A stretch of DNA of 64,000 bases, from assembly GCA_045643205.1 (NCBI GenBank), contig JAZUKI010000004.1, positions 1 to 64,000 on the forward strand, given 5' to 3'. The stretch is from Clostridia bacterium. GTDB lineage: Bacteria > Bacillota > Clostridia > TANB77 > CAG-508. Shown here in pieces: positions 28,833 through 39,612 of the stretch. The first letter of the stretch is position 1; every line of letters starts with the position of its first letter. Made by a program: the position numbers and the translations under genes. The notes beneath the pieces are model-generated. The model worked only from the letters and a program-made list of their open reading frames with translations, made no database searches and had not been told where the DNA came from.

Positions 28833-29954
28833 ATGAAAAAAGTTTTATTTGGAATTACTAGTTTAACTTTAGGTGGTGCCGAAAGAGTTCTAGTAGATTT
28901 AGCTAATAGAATAAAAAATGATTACGCAGTTACAATATTAACTGTGTATGCTAATGGAGAACTTGAAAAACAACTTGATGAATCAATTGAAGTTAGAAGT
29001 ATATTTCCAAAGAGATTTGAGGAATATTCAAAAGTTGAAATCTTTAAAAATTCTAGACAACTTTTAAAGAAAGAGCAATTACCTGAAGGATTTGATTTAT
29101 ATGTTTCATTTTTAGAGGGACCCATTACAAGATTATTTGCTAAAGATATTAAAAATTCAGATGCTAAGAAAATAGTTTGGGTGCATAACGATATTTCAAA
29201 AGTTTTTGGTCAAGGATATAAAGCAAAATTAAAATTGAAAAATGATAAAAAAGCTTATGAAAAATTCGATGAAATAATATTTGTTTCACAAGAGAATTTA
29301 GAAGACTTTAAAAACACTTATCCACAAATTGATAACAAAAAGTTGAAAGTTATAAGAAACTATATTGATTATAAAAAAGTTTTAGAAAAGGCAGAACAAA
29401 AAGTTGATGATGCATTAGTAGAAACAGATAATGTTAATCTTGTTTCTGTATGCAGACTAGTTGATCAAAAGGCATTAGATAGATTTGCTGTTGTACATAG
29501 AAGATTATTAGATGATGGATTTAAACATCAAGTATATATAGTCGGTGATGGACCAGCAAAGAGTAGTCTAAATGACTTAATAGATAAATTGGAAATAAAA
29601 GAAAGTTTCCATTTGTTAGGTTCAAAACAAAATCCATATCCTTATATAAAACAAGCAGATTACTTTTGCTTACTTTCATACTATGAAGGTTGGGGAATGG
29701 TTTTGGATGAAGCTAAGATTTTAAATAAAAACATTTTAATCACAGATACTGCCGCAAAAGAATGTGTTAAAGAATATTCTAAAGCAGAAGTTTTTGAAAA
29801 TTCAGAAGATGGAGTATATGCAGGATTAAAGAATGCTTTAAAAAATGCAAAACAAAAAGATAATAGTACAAATGATGCTATCGATGAAGTTGCTAAGTAT
29901 TATGAAGATATCGCAATGCAAGTCGAAACAATGTTTAACGAAAAGATAAAGTAG
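28833..29954 (+). CDS. glycosyltransferase, GT-B fold (GT4-like)
   Basis: GGAERVL, VCRL..QK, IVGDG, NPYPY, S.YEGWGMVLDEA (EX7E). Confidence 0.9.
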   Translation: MKKVLFGITSLTLGGAERVLVDLANRIKNDYAVTILTVYANGELEKQLDESIEVRSIFPKRFEEYSKVEIFKNSRQLLKKEQLPEGFDLYVSFLEGPITRLFAKDIKNSDAKKIVWVHNDISKVFGQGYKAKLKLKNDKKAYEKFDEIIFVSQENLEDFKNTYPQIDNKKLKVIRNYIDYKKVLEKAEQKVDDALVETDNVNLVSVCRLVDQKALDRFAVVHRRLLDDGFKHQVYIVGDGPAKSSLNDLIDKLEIKESFHLLGSKQNPYPYIKQADYFCLLSYYEGWGMVLDEAKILNKNILITDTAAKECVKEYSKAEVFENSEDGVYAGLKNALKNAKQKDNSTNDAIDEVAKYYEDIAMQVETMFNEKIK

Positions 29955-29969
29955 ATAAAGAGGATAATT

Positions 29970-31004
29970 ATGAAAATTTCAATTCTAACACCAACATACA
30001 ATAGAGCAAAATATTTGGAACAAGTTTATAACAGTTTAGTTATTAATACTCATTGCGGAGTTGATTTTGAATGGCTTATTATGGATGATGGCTCAACAGA
30101 CAATACAGAAGTTGTAGTTCAAAATTATATTGCACAAGGAATTGTTAATATCAAATATTATAAACAACATAACATGGGAAAAATGACAGCAATAAATAAT
30201 TTGATGGATTATGTAACAGGAGATATCTGCTTTACATGTGATTCAGACGATTATTTAGCAACTGGTGCTTTAGATATCATTAGAGAAAATGCGGATAGAT
30301 TATTAAAAGATGATACAGTTTATGCGTTAGCTTTCTTAAAGCAAAAGGAAAACGGCAAAATAAGCGGTGATAAATTTCCAGAAGAATATCATAGAAGTGA
30401 TATGTTCAGTTTATATTTTAGAGAATGCATTGATGGAGAATTTGTTTTAGTTTTCAAAACAGAAATAAGAAAACAATATCATCATGAAATTGAAGCGGAT
30501 GAAAAGTTTATTACTGAAAGAAGAATGTATCATAAAATGGATTTAGATCATGACATTATAGGAATAAACAAAGCTATTGAAGTAGGTGACTATCTAGAAG
30601 ACGGCTATACTAAAAACATTACACATGTTTTTAAACAAAATCCTTTAGGATATTTTATGTATTTTAGAGAACTTCTTGAATTAGATTTAACAGGGGTTAA
30701 GTTCAATAAGAAAATGTATTTATACAAACATTTTATATTGTTTTCAAATCTTGCTGAAAGAAGTCACACAATAAGAGAAACAAGAGGTTTGTTTAATAAA
30801 TTTATGCTTTGTATTTTATGGATACCAGGAACATTAGCAACAAAGAAAAGATTTTCAGGGGCCAATAATTTTAAAAATGATGCTGATGAAGAAGCGGAAG
30901 CAAAAGGATATATTGGTTCACACAAGCACGAAGAAGAAGTAAAAGAAATACAAGAAGAAATTAAAAAGAGAGAATTGAAAAAGAAAAAAGAAAAACAAAA
31001 ATAA
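29970..31004 (+). CDS. glycosyltransferase family 2
   Basis: ILTPTYNR, DDGSTDNT, N.GK..A.N, DSDD. Confidence 0.92.
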   Translation: MKISILTPTYNRAKYLEQVYNSLVINTHCGVDFEWLIMDDGSTDNTEVVVQNYIAQGIVNIKYYKQHNMGKMTAINNLMDYVTGDICFTCDSDDYLATGALDIIRENADRLLKDDTVYALAFLKQKENGKISGDKFPEEYHRSDMFSLYFRECIDGEFVLVFKTEIRKQYHHEIEADEKFITERRMYHKMDLDHDIIGINKAIEVGDYLEDGYTKNITHVFKQNPLGYFMYFRELLELDLTGVKFNKKMYLYKHFILFSNLAERSHTIRETRGLFNKFMLCILWIPGTLATKKRFSGANNFKNDADEEAEAKGYIGSHKHEEEVKEIQEEIKKRELKKKKEKQK

Positions 31005-31118
31005 AATTTATAAAAGATATGAAATCAGAAAATAAATTTATTAAAAAATAAAATTGAAATTTATGCAAAAGACAAAAGTTTATAAAAAATCAAAAAATAA
31101 TTTAGATGGAGAAGAAGA

Positions 31119-31862
31119 ATGGCTAAGATATCAGATGAATATAGCATAGTAGTAGACCACGTATACAAAAATTTTATTGTATACATGGATAAAGCACCAA
31201 GTTTGAAAGAAAAATTATTGTTTTGGAAAAGAAACAGAAAAGAAAATAGAGAAGTATTAAAAGATATTAATTTAAACATAAAAAAAGGTGAAGCTGTTGC
31301 ATTAATAGGTGTTAATGGTAGTGGTAAGTCAACATTACTTAAGTTAATGACAAAAATTATTTATCCAAACAAGGGAAAAATTACTACAAACGGAAAATTA
31401 ACATCATTACTAGAATTAGGTGCTGGTTTCCATCCTGATTTTTCTGGCAGAGAAAATATTTATTTTAATGCTTCTATCTTTGGTTTAACTAGAAAAGAAA
31501 TTGATGCAAGATTAGATCAAATAATTGAGTTTTCAGAATTAGGAGATTATATAGATAATCCTGTAAGAACTTATTCTTCAGGTATGTATATGAGACTTGC
31601 ATTTGCAGTAGCAATAAATGTTGATGCCGAAATTCTTTTAGTTGATGAAATCTTAGCAGTTGGTGATCAACATTTCCAAGATAAATGTATTAACAAGATG
31701 AAAGAATTAAAAAAAGAAGGCAAGACTATGATTTTTGTTACACATAGTTTAAATTCTGCAAGAGAATTATGCGATAGAGGTATATGGATTAAAAATGGAG
31801 TAGTAGAAGAAGATGGCAACATAAACGAAGTAGTTGATCATTATCTTGAAGCTACAAAATAA
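31119..31862 (+). CDS. polysaccharide/teichoic acid ABC exporter ATP-binding subunit (Wzt/TagH family)
   Basis: GVNGSGKST, LELGAGFHP..SGRENI, YSSGM..RLAF, DEILAVGD. Confidence 0.93.
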   Translation: MAKISDEYSIVVDHVYKNFIVYMDKAPSLKEKLLFWKRNRKENREVLKDINLNIKKGEAVALIGVNGSGKSTLLKLMTKIIYPNKGKITTNGKLTSLLELGAGFHPDFSGRENIYFNASIFGLTRKEIDARLDQIIEFSELGDYIDNPVRTYSSGMYMRLAFAVAINVDAEILLVDEILAVGDQHFQDKCINKMKELKKEGKTMIFVTHSLNSARELCDRGIWIKNGVVEEDGNINEVVDHYLEATK

Positions 31863-31907
31863 AAAATATAAGACAAGAATAAATATCAAAATAAAACAGG
31901 AGATTTT

Positions 31908-32681
31908 ATGAGCATTTTTAAGAATTTATATAATTATAGAGAATTAATAAAAACAAGTGTTAAGAAAGATATAGGTGGAAAATACAAACATTCATTCTTT
32001 GGAGTGCTTTGGTCATTCATAAATCCACTTTTACAAATTGCTGTTTATGCAATTGTATTTCCATTAATAATGAGAAACAACATACCTAATTACACAGTAT
32101 TTATGGTATGTGGTCTTATACCATGGGCATATTTTAGTTCAAGTGTAAATCGTTCAACATTTGTAATGATTGAGAATGGAAATATTTTGAAAAAAGTTTA
32201 TTTTCCGCGAGAGATATTACCATTGTCATTAGTTACTAGTGAAACTGTAAACTTTTTAATTTCATCGATTATAATTCTAGTATTTACTTTAGCTAATGGA
32301 ATTGCTTTAAGTTGGTTAATTGTATTATTCCCAGTAGTTTTACTTGTACAATATGTTTTACAACTAGGAATTGCTTTAATACTTTCAAGTGTAACTGTTT
32401 ACTTTAGAGATTTAAATCACTTTATGGGTGTTTTATTACAATTATTCTTCTATGCAACACCTATTGTTTATAGTATTGAAACTATACCTGAGAACTTTAG
32501 ATGGATACTTAAATTTAATCCAATGACATACATAATTGAAGGATATAGATCAATTTTCTATACACATGAAATGCCAGACTTTAAAGCAATTGGAATAGTG
32601 TTTGCAATTGCAGTTGCATTATTAATATTAGGATATTTATTATTCAATAAATTGCAAAAGAGATTTGCAGAAGAACTATAG
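31908..32681 (+). CDS. polysaccharide ABC exporter permease (Wzm/TagG family)
   Basis: Y..S.FG.LWS.INPL, GLIPW.YF, KKVYFPR, YATPIVY, NPM. Confidence 0.93.
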   Translation: MSIFKNLYNYRELIKTSVKKDIGGKYKHSFFGVLWSFINPLLQIAVYAIVFPLIMRNNIPNYTVFMVCGLIPWAYFSSSVNRSTFVMIENGNILKKVYFPREILPLSLVTSETVNFLISSIIILVFTLANGIALSWLIVLFPVVLLVQYVLQLGIALILSSVTVYFRDLNHFMGVLLQLFFYATPIVYSIETIPENFRWILKFNPMTYIIEGYRSIFYTHEMPDFKAIGIVFAIAVALLILGYLLFNKLQKRFAEEL

Positions 32682-32699
32682 AAGTGGGGGAAAATAATA

Positions 32700-34949
32700 A
32701 TGGAAGAATTTTTTGACTTCAGCAAGGAGCCAGGAAAAAAATTAGAAAGACTAAAATACGAAAAACATAAACCTGAAATTTCAGTAATTATTCCATTTTA
32801 TAATGATAAAGATTATATAGAACAATCAGTAAATTGTATATTAAATCAAACATATCCATATTTTGAATTACTTATTGTAGATGATGGTTCAAAAGATGAA
32901 GAAAGTTTAAAAAAGTTAGAAGAAGTTTCGAAACTAGATGAGAGAATAACTGTTTTTCATAAACAAAATGAAGGATTAGCTGCAACAAGAGATTATGGAG
33001 CTTCAAAAGCATCAAAAGATACAAAATATTTAATGTTTATAGATTCAGATGACTTAATAGATAAAACATTTTTTGAATGTGCATATTGGGCATTAGAAAC
33101 TAATAAAGATGCAAGTTGGGCATATGCAGATTCAGTAGGATTTGGATGTACTACATATACATGGAATAAGTGGTTCAGTTCAGAAAAAATGAAAAAAGTA
33201 AATGATTTAATATCAGCAGCAGTAATAAGAAAAGAGGCATTCGAAGAAGTTGGCGGCTATGAGCTAAGAGAAAAATCAGTAAATGAAGATTGGAACTTTT
33301 GGCTAAAATTAATAGCTAAAGGCAGATATCCTGTTCATATGAGTTATTATGCAGAATGGTATAGAAGAAAAGAATCAGGAGAATTAGCTAAAGCAACTGC
33401 TAATAGAAAAAGATCACTAGAAATAGTAAAGAAAACAGCTAAAACAATTACTAAAAAAGTAGAAGCTATACAATATCCATCATATAGATTTGATAAAGAA
33501 ATAGTAAGCAATGTTGATATAGTCCAACCAAAAATACAAAATGATAAGAAAATTCATTTGTTAATGATTATTCCATGGATGGTTATGGGTGGTGCTGATA
33601 AATTTAATATAGACTTATTAAGTAGATTAGATAAAGATAAGTATGATATCACAATTGTTTCAACCGAACCAGGAATGAATGAATTTAGACAAAGTTTTGA
33701 ACAAGTTGCTACAGTTTATGATTTATCTTCTTTCTTAAGTCAAAAAGATTGGTTAGCTTTTGTAAAATATATTATTGAAAAAAATAATATAAATTTAATT
33801 TTTAATACAAATAGTTACACAGGATACAATATGTTACCAAGTATTAAAGGAATGTTTCCAGAGATTCCTATTATGGATTATATACATATGGAAGAATGGT
33901 ATAACAGAGATGGTGGATATTCTAGAGATTCTAGTGAAGTTGAAAATGTAATTGATAAAACTATTTGTTGTAATGCCAATAGTACTAGAATATTAGAAGA
34001 GTATTTTGGAAGAAATCCAAAAGAATTAGGAACTGTTTATATTGGAGTAGATGAGAAAAAATTTGATCCAACACAGTTTGATGTTGAAGAATCAAGAAAA
34101 GAACTAAATGTAAACAAGAAGTATGCAATAGGATTTATTTGTAGAATTTCAAAACAAAAAAGACCATTTTTAATGTTAGAAATAGCTAAAAAGTTAAAAG
34201 AAAAAAGAGATGATTTTGTTATTTTAGTTGCAGGAGATGGAGAACTTTTAGAACAGGTTAAGAAAAAAGCTAAAAAATATGGATTAAAAGATAATATACA
34301 ATTTTTAGGAAGAGTTTTAAAGCCAAGAACTATATATAGAGCATCTGATGTTACTTTAAATTGCTCTATTAAAGAAGGCTTAGCGCTTACTTCATACGAA
34401 TCATTAAGTATGGGAACACCAGTTGTTTCGGCAGATGTTGGTGGACAAAAAGAACTAATTAATGAAGATGTTGGTGTAATTGTACCATGTATGCAAGAAG
34501 AAAAAGACATTGATATAATTGAATATTCAGATGAAGAAATTGACCCATATGTAGATGGATTAAATAAAGTGTTAGATAACATTGATCAATACAAGAATAA
34601 ATGTAGAGATAGAATATTAAATGGATTTACAATTGATCAAATGGTAGTAAATATGGATAAAGAATTTACAATGATAATGGAAAATCCGAATAAAGAAAAA
34701 ATTCATAATGGACAAGTGATAGCACAAAATTTAGATGAAGCATATGCTAGACTAGCAAAACATTTTGAAGATATAAAAGATGTATATGAATGGCAAGCAA
34801 AAGAATTTAATATTAAGCATGGAATGGAAGGAACATATAAACTTCAAATATTCAGAGAAAAAATGTGGAAACATGCTTGGTATAGAGGAATAGTAAAAGT
34901 CTTTCAAAAAATAGGAATAATAAAATTTGCAAAGAAAATTATTAATTAA
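32700..34949 (+). CDS. bifunctional GT2-GT4 glycosyltransferase
   Basis: N-terminal VIIPFYN..DDGS..DSDD..EDW; C-terminal GGADKF..QKRP..EGLALTSYES. Confidence 0.9.
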   Translation: MEEFFDFSKEPGKKLERLKYEKHKPEISVIIPFYNDKDYIEQSVNCILNQTYPYFELLIVDDGSKDEESLKKLEEVSKLDERITVFHKQNEGLAATRDYGASKASKDTKYLMFIDSDDLIDKTFFECAYWALETNKDASWAYADSVGFGCTTYTWNKWFSSEKMKKVNDLISAAVIRKEAFEEVGGYELREKSVNEDWNFWLKLIAKGRYPVHMSYYAEWYRRKESGELAKATANRKRSLEIVKKTAKTITKKVEAIQYPSYRFDKEIVSNVDIVQPKIQNDKKIHLLMIIPWMVMGGADKFNIDLLSRLDKDKYDITIVSTEPGMNEFRQSFEQVATVYDLSSFLSQKDWLAFVKYIIEKNNINLIFNTNSYTGYNMLPSIKGMFPEIPIMDYIHMEEWYNRDGGYSRDSSEVENVIDKTICCNANSTRILEEYFGRNPKELGTVYIGVDEKKFDPTQFDVEESRKELNVNKKYAIGFICRISKQKRPFLMLEIAKKLKEKRDDFVILVAGDGELLEQVKKKAKKYGLKDNIQFLGRVLKPRTIYRASDVTLNCSIKEGLALTSYESLSMGTPVVSADVGGQKELINEDVGVIVPCMQEEKDIDIIEYSDEEIDPYVDGLNKVLDNIDQYKNKCRDRILNGFTIDQMVVNMDKEFTMIMENPNKEKIHNGQVIAQNLDEAYARLAKHFEDIKDVYEWQAKEFNIKHGMEGTYKLQIFREKMWKHAWYRGIVKVFQKIGIIKFAKKIIN

Positions 34950-34969
34950 GTATAAGATAGAAGGAAAAA

Positions 34970-36481
34970 ATGAAAGAAAAAATTAAAAATGCAATTATAG
35001 ACAGAAAAATATATATTATTTTACTAATTGTATTAGTGTTTTTTGGAAGTTTTGTAAATACTAATTATACAACTGATACATATGCTGTTATTGGTTCATC
35101 AATAAAAAAAATAGTAAATAATTATTTAATGTGTGGTAGACCATTTCAAGCAGTATTTCATATAATTTTTTCAGTAATGCATATAGGAATAGAAAGAATA
35201 TACATATTTTCATATATAGCAGCAATAATATTTATAACACTTGCAATTTACAAATTATATAAACTATTTGAAAGTGAAGTGAGGGCATTAAAGTTATCAA
35301 CTAAAATTTTAATGTTAGTAATATCAGTAGTTACTATAATCAATCCATTTTCTATAGAATTGTTTTTTTACATTGAAAAAGGACTGATGGTTGCTTCATT
35401 ATTCTTTATTGTAAAGGCACTTGAATTATTTGTAAGATTTTTAAAACAAGGTACATATAAAAATGGAAAAAAAGAATTCTATTTTTCTATGATTAACATG
35501 TTTATTGCTACATTACTATATCAAGGCACAGTTGGAATATTTTTACCATTGGCTACAATATTTATTTTTAAGTATGAAAAGAATTTTAAGAGTTTCTTAA
35601 TAAAAACATTTAATACAATTGTTATTTATGCAATTCCAGCAATAATTGATCTAGGTATTGCAAAATTTATATTTAAGGGGAATAGAGTTAGTGAAACAAC
35701 AAACATTTTAGATGCAATAAGTAAATGCTTTTCTGGATCACTTGAAATGTTTAATGCATTTGAAATTTTTCCAAAATACTTTTTAGTTATTATGATTCTA
35801 GCAATATTTACTATTACTGCAAAGTCAGCAATAGTAAAATGTAATAATTTAAAAAAATCAGTAATGCAACTAGTAAAATTAATTTATATTTGCATATTAA
35901 CATATATAATTGCTATTGCACCACAATTACTTCAATCAAGTAATGCAATATGGTTTACACCACGAGCATTATATAGTTTTGGAAGTGTTTTAGGAATTAT
36001 AGGTTCTTACTATATAGTAAATATTAAAAATGAAGAATCAAATGAAAAAGGATTAAACTATATTTTAATAATTACATACTTAATATTAATGATTGTTCAA
36101 TTTAAGTCATTCAATACAATTATTTTAGATAACTATAAAATAGCACTTGCTGATGAACAATATGCAAAAACAATTCAAACATATATTGATGAATATGAAA
36201 AAGAAAAAGATATAAAAATTAAAACAATAAGCATTTATTATGATAAAAATAAAACATACACATATGAAGAAATTACACCAATCAAAGATATGAATATAAA
36301 AGCAATAGCTACATATTGGTCAGATGTAAATTCTATAAATTATTATAATTATAAAAATTATGAAAGAGTTGAAGGTACAGATGAAAATATAAAACAAATA
36401 TTTCAAGAAAAAGATTGGAACAAATTTGATAAAGAACAACTTATTTTTATAGGGGATACATTACATTTATGCGTTTATTAG
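34970..36481 (+). CDS. GtrII-like (GT-C) polytopic membrane glycosyltransferase
   Basis: About 11 TM segments, early D-containing loop with GRP, YQ motif; adjacent to a GtrB-like gene. Confidence 0.65.
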   Translation: MKEKIKNAIIDRKIYIILLIVLVFFGSFVNTNYTTDTYAVIGSSIKKIVNNYLMCGRPFQAVFHIIFSVMHIGIERIYIFSYIAAIIFITLAIYKLYKLFESEVRALKLSTKILMLVISVVTIINPFSIELFFYIEKGLMVASLFFIVKALELFVRFLKQGTYKNGKKEFYFSMINMFIATLLYQGTVGIFLPLATIFIFKYEKNFKSFLIKTFNTIVIYAIPAIIDLGIAKFIFKGNRVSETTNILDAISKCFSGSLEMFNAFEIFPKYFLVIMILAIFTITAKSAIVKCNNLKKSVMQLVKLIYICILTYIIAIAPQLLQSSNAIWFTPRALYSFGSVLGIIGSYYIVNIKNEESNEKGLNYILIITYLILMIVQFKSFNTIILDNYKIALADEQYAKTIQTYIDEYEKEKDIKIKTISIYYDKNKTYTYEEITPIKDMNIKAIATYWSDVNSINYYNYKNYERVEGTDENIKQIFQEKDWNKFDKEQLIFIGDTLHLCVY

Positions 36482-36506
36482 AATCTATAAAATGAATGGA
36501 GAATTT

Positions 36507-37463
36507 ATGAAAAAAAAATTATCAATAATTGTATCATGTTATAACGAAGAACAAGTATTACCATTATTTTACAAAGAAGTATCAAAAGTAATAGATGAAA
36601 TGAAGGAATTAGATTTTGAGTTATTATTTGTTAATGATGGTTCAAAAGATAATACTTTAAATGTTATGAAAGAACTTGCTAAAAAAGATGAAAGAATACG
36701 ATATGTAAGTTTTTCTAGAAACTTTGGAAAAGAATCAGCAATGTATGCAGGATTGAAAAATGCTACAGGAGATTATGTAACTCTTATGGATGCTGATTTA
36801 CAAGATCCGCCAGCATTATTACCTGAAATGTACAAAGAGTTAATTGAAGGCAATTACGATATGATTGGTACTAGAAGAGTAACACGTAAAGGAGAGCCAC
36901 CAATTCGTTCTTTTTTTGCTAGAAGATTTTATAAACTAATAAATAGAATGTCTGATATTGAAATGGTTGATGGAGCTAGAGATTATAGATTAATGACTAG
37001 ACAAGTTGTTGATGCGATAGTTTCATTAGAAGAATATAACAGATATTCAAAAGGATTATTTTCATTTGTAGGATTTAATACAAAATGGATTGAATTTGAA
37101 AATGTTAAAAGAGCAGCAGGAGAAACAAAATGGTCATTCTGGAAATTATTTAAATATGCTATAGATGGTATTGTAGGCTTTTCTACAGCTCCATTAAATA
37201 TAGCTTCAATATTAGGATTACTTATGTGCTTTTTAGCATTTATATTAATAATAGTTATTATTGTTAAAACATTAGTACTAGGAGATCCAACATCTGGATG
37301 GCCTAGCACAATATGTACTATATTATTAGTTTCTGGTGTTCAAATGTTAAGCTTAGGAATAGTTGGTAAATATTTGGCAAAAACTTATTTAGAAGTAAAG
37401 AAAAGACCAATTTATATAATAAAAGAAACTGAAAAAGATTTAAAACAAGATAGCAAAGATTAA
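36507..37463 (+). CDS. polyprenol-phosphate glycosyltransferase (GtrB/YkcC-like GT2)
   Basis: CYNEE, NDGSKD, FSRNFGKE, DADLQDPP, DYRLM, two C-terminal TMs, RPIYI. Confidence 0.93.
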   Translation: MKKKLSIIVSCYNEEQVLPLFYKEVSKVIDEMKELDFELLFVNDGSKDNTLNVMKELAKKDERIRYVSFSRNFGKESAMYAGLKNATGDYVTLMDADLQDPPALLPEMYKELIEGNYDMIGTRRVTRKGEPPIRSFFARRFYKLINRMSDIEMVDGARDYRLMTRQVVDAIVSLEEYNRYSKGLFSFVGFNTKWIEFENVKRAAGETKWSFWKLFKYAIDGIVGFSTAPLNIASILGLLMCFLAFILIIVIIVKTLVLGDPTSGWPSTICTILLVSGVQMLSLGIVGKYLAKTYLEVKKRPIYIIKETEKDLKQDSKD

Positions 37464-37510
37464 TTAATAAAAGACAAATATATTATTAATAAAGATATCA
37501 AAGGAAAAAT

Positions 37511-38206
37511 ATGAGTAACATAGTAGTATTAGTTCCATGCTATAACGAGAGTATAACAATAAAAAAAGTTGTTGAAGATTTCAAAAAAATATTACCTGAA
37601 GCTGCAATTTATGTTTATGATAATAATTCAACAGATAAGACAGATGAAATTGCAAAAGAAGCTGGCGCAATAGTTAGATATGAACATAAGCAAGGCAAGG
37701 GAAACGTAGTAAAAACAATGTTTGAAGAAATAGATGCAGATTGTTACATCATGGTAGATGGTGATGATACATATCCGGCAGAAGAAGCACAAAAGTTTGT
37801 AAAAGAAATATTAGAAAATAATATTGATATGGTTATAGGAGATAGAATTTCTTTAAACAATTTTGGAAAAATAAAAGGAACATCGCATAGATTTGGAAAT
37901 AAATTAGTTAGAGATTTAGTTAATAAATCTTATCATAGTGATATTAAAGATGTTATGACAGGATATAGAGCTTTTAGCAAAAAATTTGTAAAATCATTTC
38001 ATCCAATTTCAGAAGGGTTTGAGATAGAAACAGAAATGACTATATATGCATTGGAAAAAAATATGAAAACTTCAAATCTAATTATAGAATATAGAGATAG
38101 ACCTCAAGGCAGTCATTCGAAATTGAAAACATATTCAGATGGTTTAAAAGTTTTGAAAATGATTAGAAGATTAAAGAAAAAGAATAAAAATTGTAAGGAA
38201 GAATAA
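37511..38206 (+). CDS. DPM1-like GT2 glycosyltransferase (soluble, no C-terminal TMs)
   Basis: PCYNE, DNNSTD, QGKG, DGDDTYP, DVMTGYR, FEIETE, SKL.T.SDG. Confidence 0.9.
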   Translation: MSNIVVLVPCYNESITIKKVVEDFKKILPEAAIYVYDNNSTDKTDEIAKEAGAIVRYEHKQGKGNVVKTMFEEIDADCYIMVDGDDTYPAEEAQKFVKEILENNIDMVIGDRISLNNFGKIKGTSHRFGNKLVRDLVNKSYHSDIKDVMTGYRAFSKKFVKSFHPISEGFEIETEMTIYALEKNMKTSNLIIEYRDRPQGSHSKLKTYSDGLKVLKMIRRLKKKNKNCKEE

Positions 38207-39562
38207 ATGACAACTGAAAAAAGAGTAGGATCACATAATATTAATATAAAAACTAATGCAATAATAGTAGTTATAGCTTATGTAGCGATTCTTTTAGCAG
38301 TATTAAATTTCTTTCGTATAGAATATTACAATGCTCAGCATGATGTTTTTTATACATATCCAACAGAAGAAGAAACAGTTTATGAAGATCATATACACTA
38401 TATTAGAGAAATTGCAGATAATAATAGATTACCTCAAACAAATGATTTGCAATATTATCATCCACCATTACATCATTTTATATGTGCAATGTTTTTAAAA
38501 GTAATTGAAGTATTTACAAGTAATGTAGAAATACAATATGCATTATTACAAATAGTTCCGTTAATAGAATATATATTGTTGATGATTGTTATTAGTAAAT
38601 TATTAGATACTTTGCATATAGTTGGCAAATATAAAATTTTAGTATTTATATTATTGATATTACATCCATCATACTTTATGCTTTCGAGAGTATTAAACAA
38701 TGATATGCTAGTTACATTATTAATGTATACAGCAATATGGAGAGCTTTTAAATGGTACCAAAAACCAACGGTTAAAAATATTATTTTAACAGGTATATGT
38801 GCAGGACTAGCAGTAATGACTAAAATTTCAGGTGGATTAGTAGCTATACCAATATTATATTTATTTATTAAGAGGGCAATTTCTGATTATAAGAAAAATG
38901 AAAATAAAAAGATAATTGTAAAAAAATACATAGGACAAACATTGCTATTAGGATTAACTGCATTACCTTTAGGATTATGGTATCCAATTCGAAACTATAT
39001 AAAATTTAATCAAAGCTTTTTCTATGTATTAAATCCAACAGAAATATTTAATATAGAAAACGTTGGAGGTAGAAATTTATGGGAAAGATATGGTTTAGAT
39101 TTTACTTCTAATGCAATTACATTTAGAGGCAGAACATCATACAATATACCATTAGCAATAATTCAAACTTCAATAATTGGAGAATTAGGACGGGATAATA
39201 GTGCAGGATTAGTAAGCATAGTTTTAATTATGAATATGATTGCAATATCATTTGCTATATATTGTTTTTGCAAAACTATGTTTAGTAAAAACACATTTAA
39301 GAAAAGTAAAACTGCTAAGGGTACACTAACATTATTATTGGTTTTTAATTTTATATCATATTTGATGATGAATAATAAATTGCCATATCCATGTACAATG
39401 CATTATAGATATTTGCTAACAACAGCATTTGTAGGATTTGCATTTATAAAATATTATTTAGACTATTTAAGACACAAAAATAAGAAACAAGAAAATATAA
39501 TATATTATACAATTTTGTTTTTTGCAGTTACTTTATATATATTAGCAATTTTAGCTCAATAA
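38207..39562 (+). CDS. ArnT/PMT-like (GT-C) membrane glycosyltransferase
   Basis: H..YI, YYHPPLH, LNND, GLA..TK, LWY..RN, RY motifs; polytopic. Confidence 0.7.
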   Translation: MTTEKRVGSHNINIKTNAIIVVIAYVAILLAVLNFFRIEYYNAQHDVFYTYPTEEETVYEDHIHYIREIADNNRLPQTNDLQYYHPPLHHFICAMFLKVIEVFTSNVEIQYALLQIVPLIEYILLMIVISKLLDTLHIVGKYKILVFILLILHPSYFMLSRVLNNDMLVTLLMYTAIWRAFKWYQKPTVKNIILTGICAGLAVMTKISGGLVAIPILYLFIKRAISDYKKNENKKIIVKKYIGQTLLLGLTALPLGLWYPIRNYIKFNQSFFYVLNPTEIFNIENVGGRNLWERYGLDFTSNAITFRGRTSYNIPLAIIQTSIIGELGRDNSAGLVSIVLIMNMIAISFAIYCFCKTMFSKNTFKKSKTAKGTLTLLLVFNFISYLMMNNKLPYPCTMHYRYLLTTAFVGFAFIKYYLDYLRHKNKKQENIIYYTILFFAVTLYILAILAQ

Positions 39563-39612
39563 AAAAATAAAATACAGAAGAAAACAATAATAGAATCCTG
39601 CAGAGGAGAAAA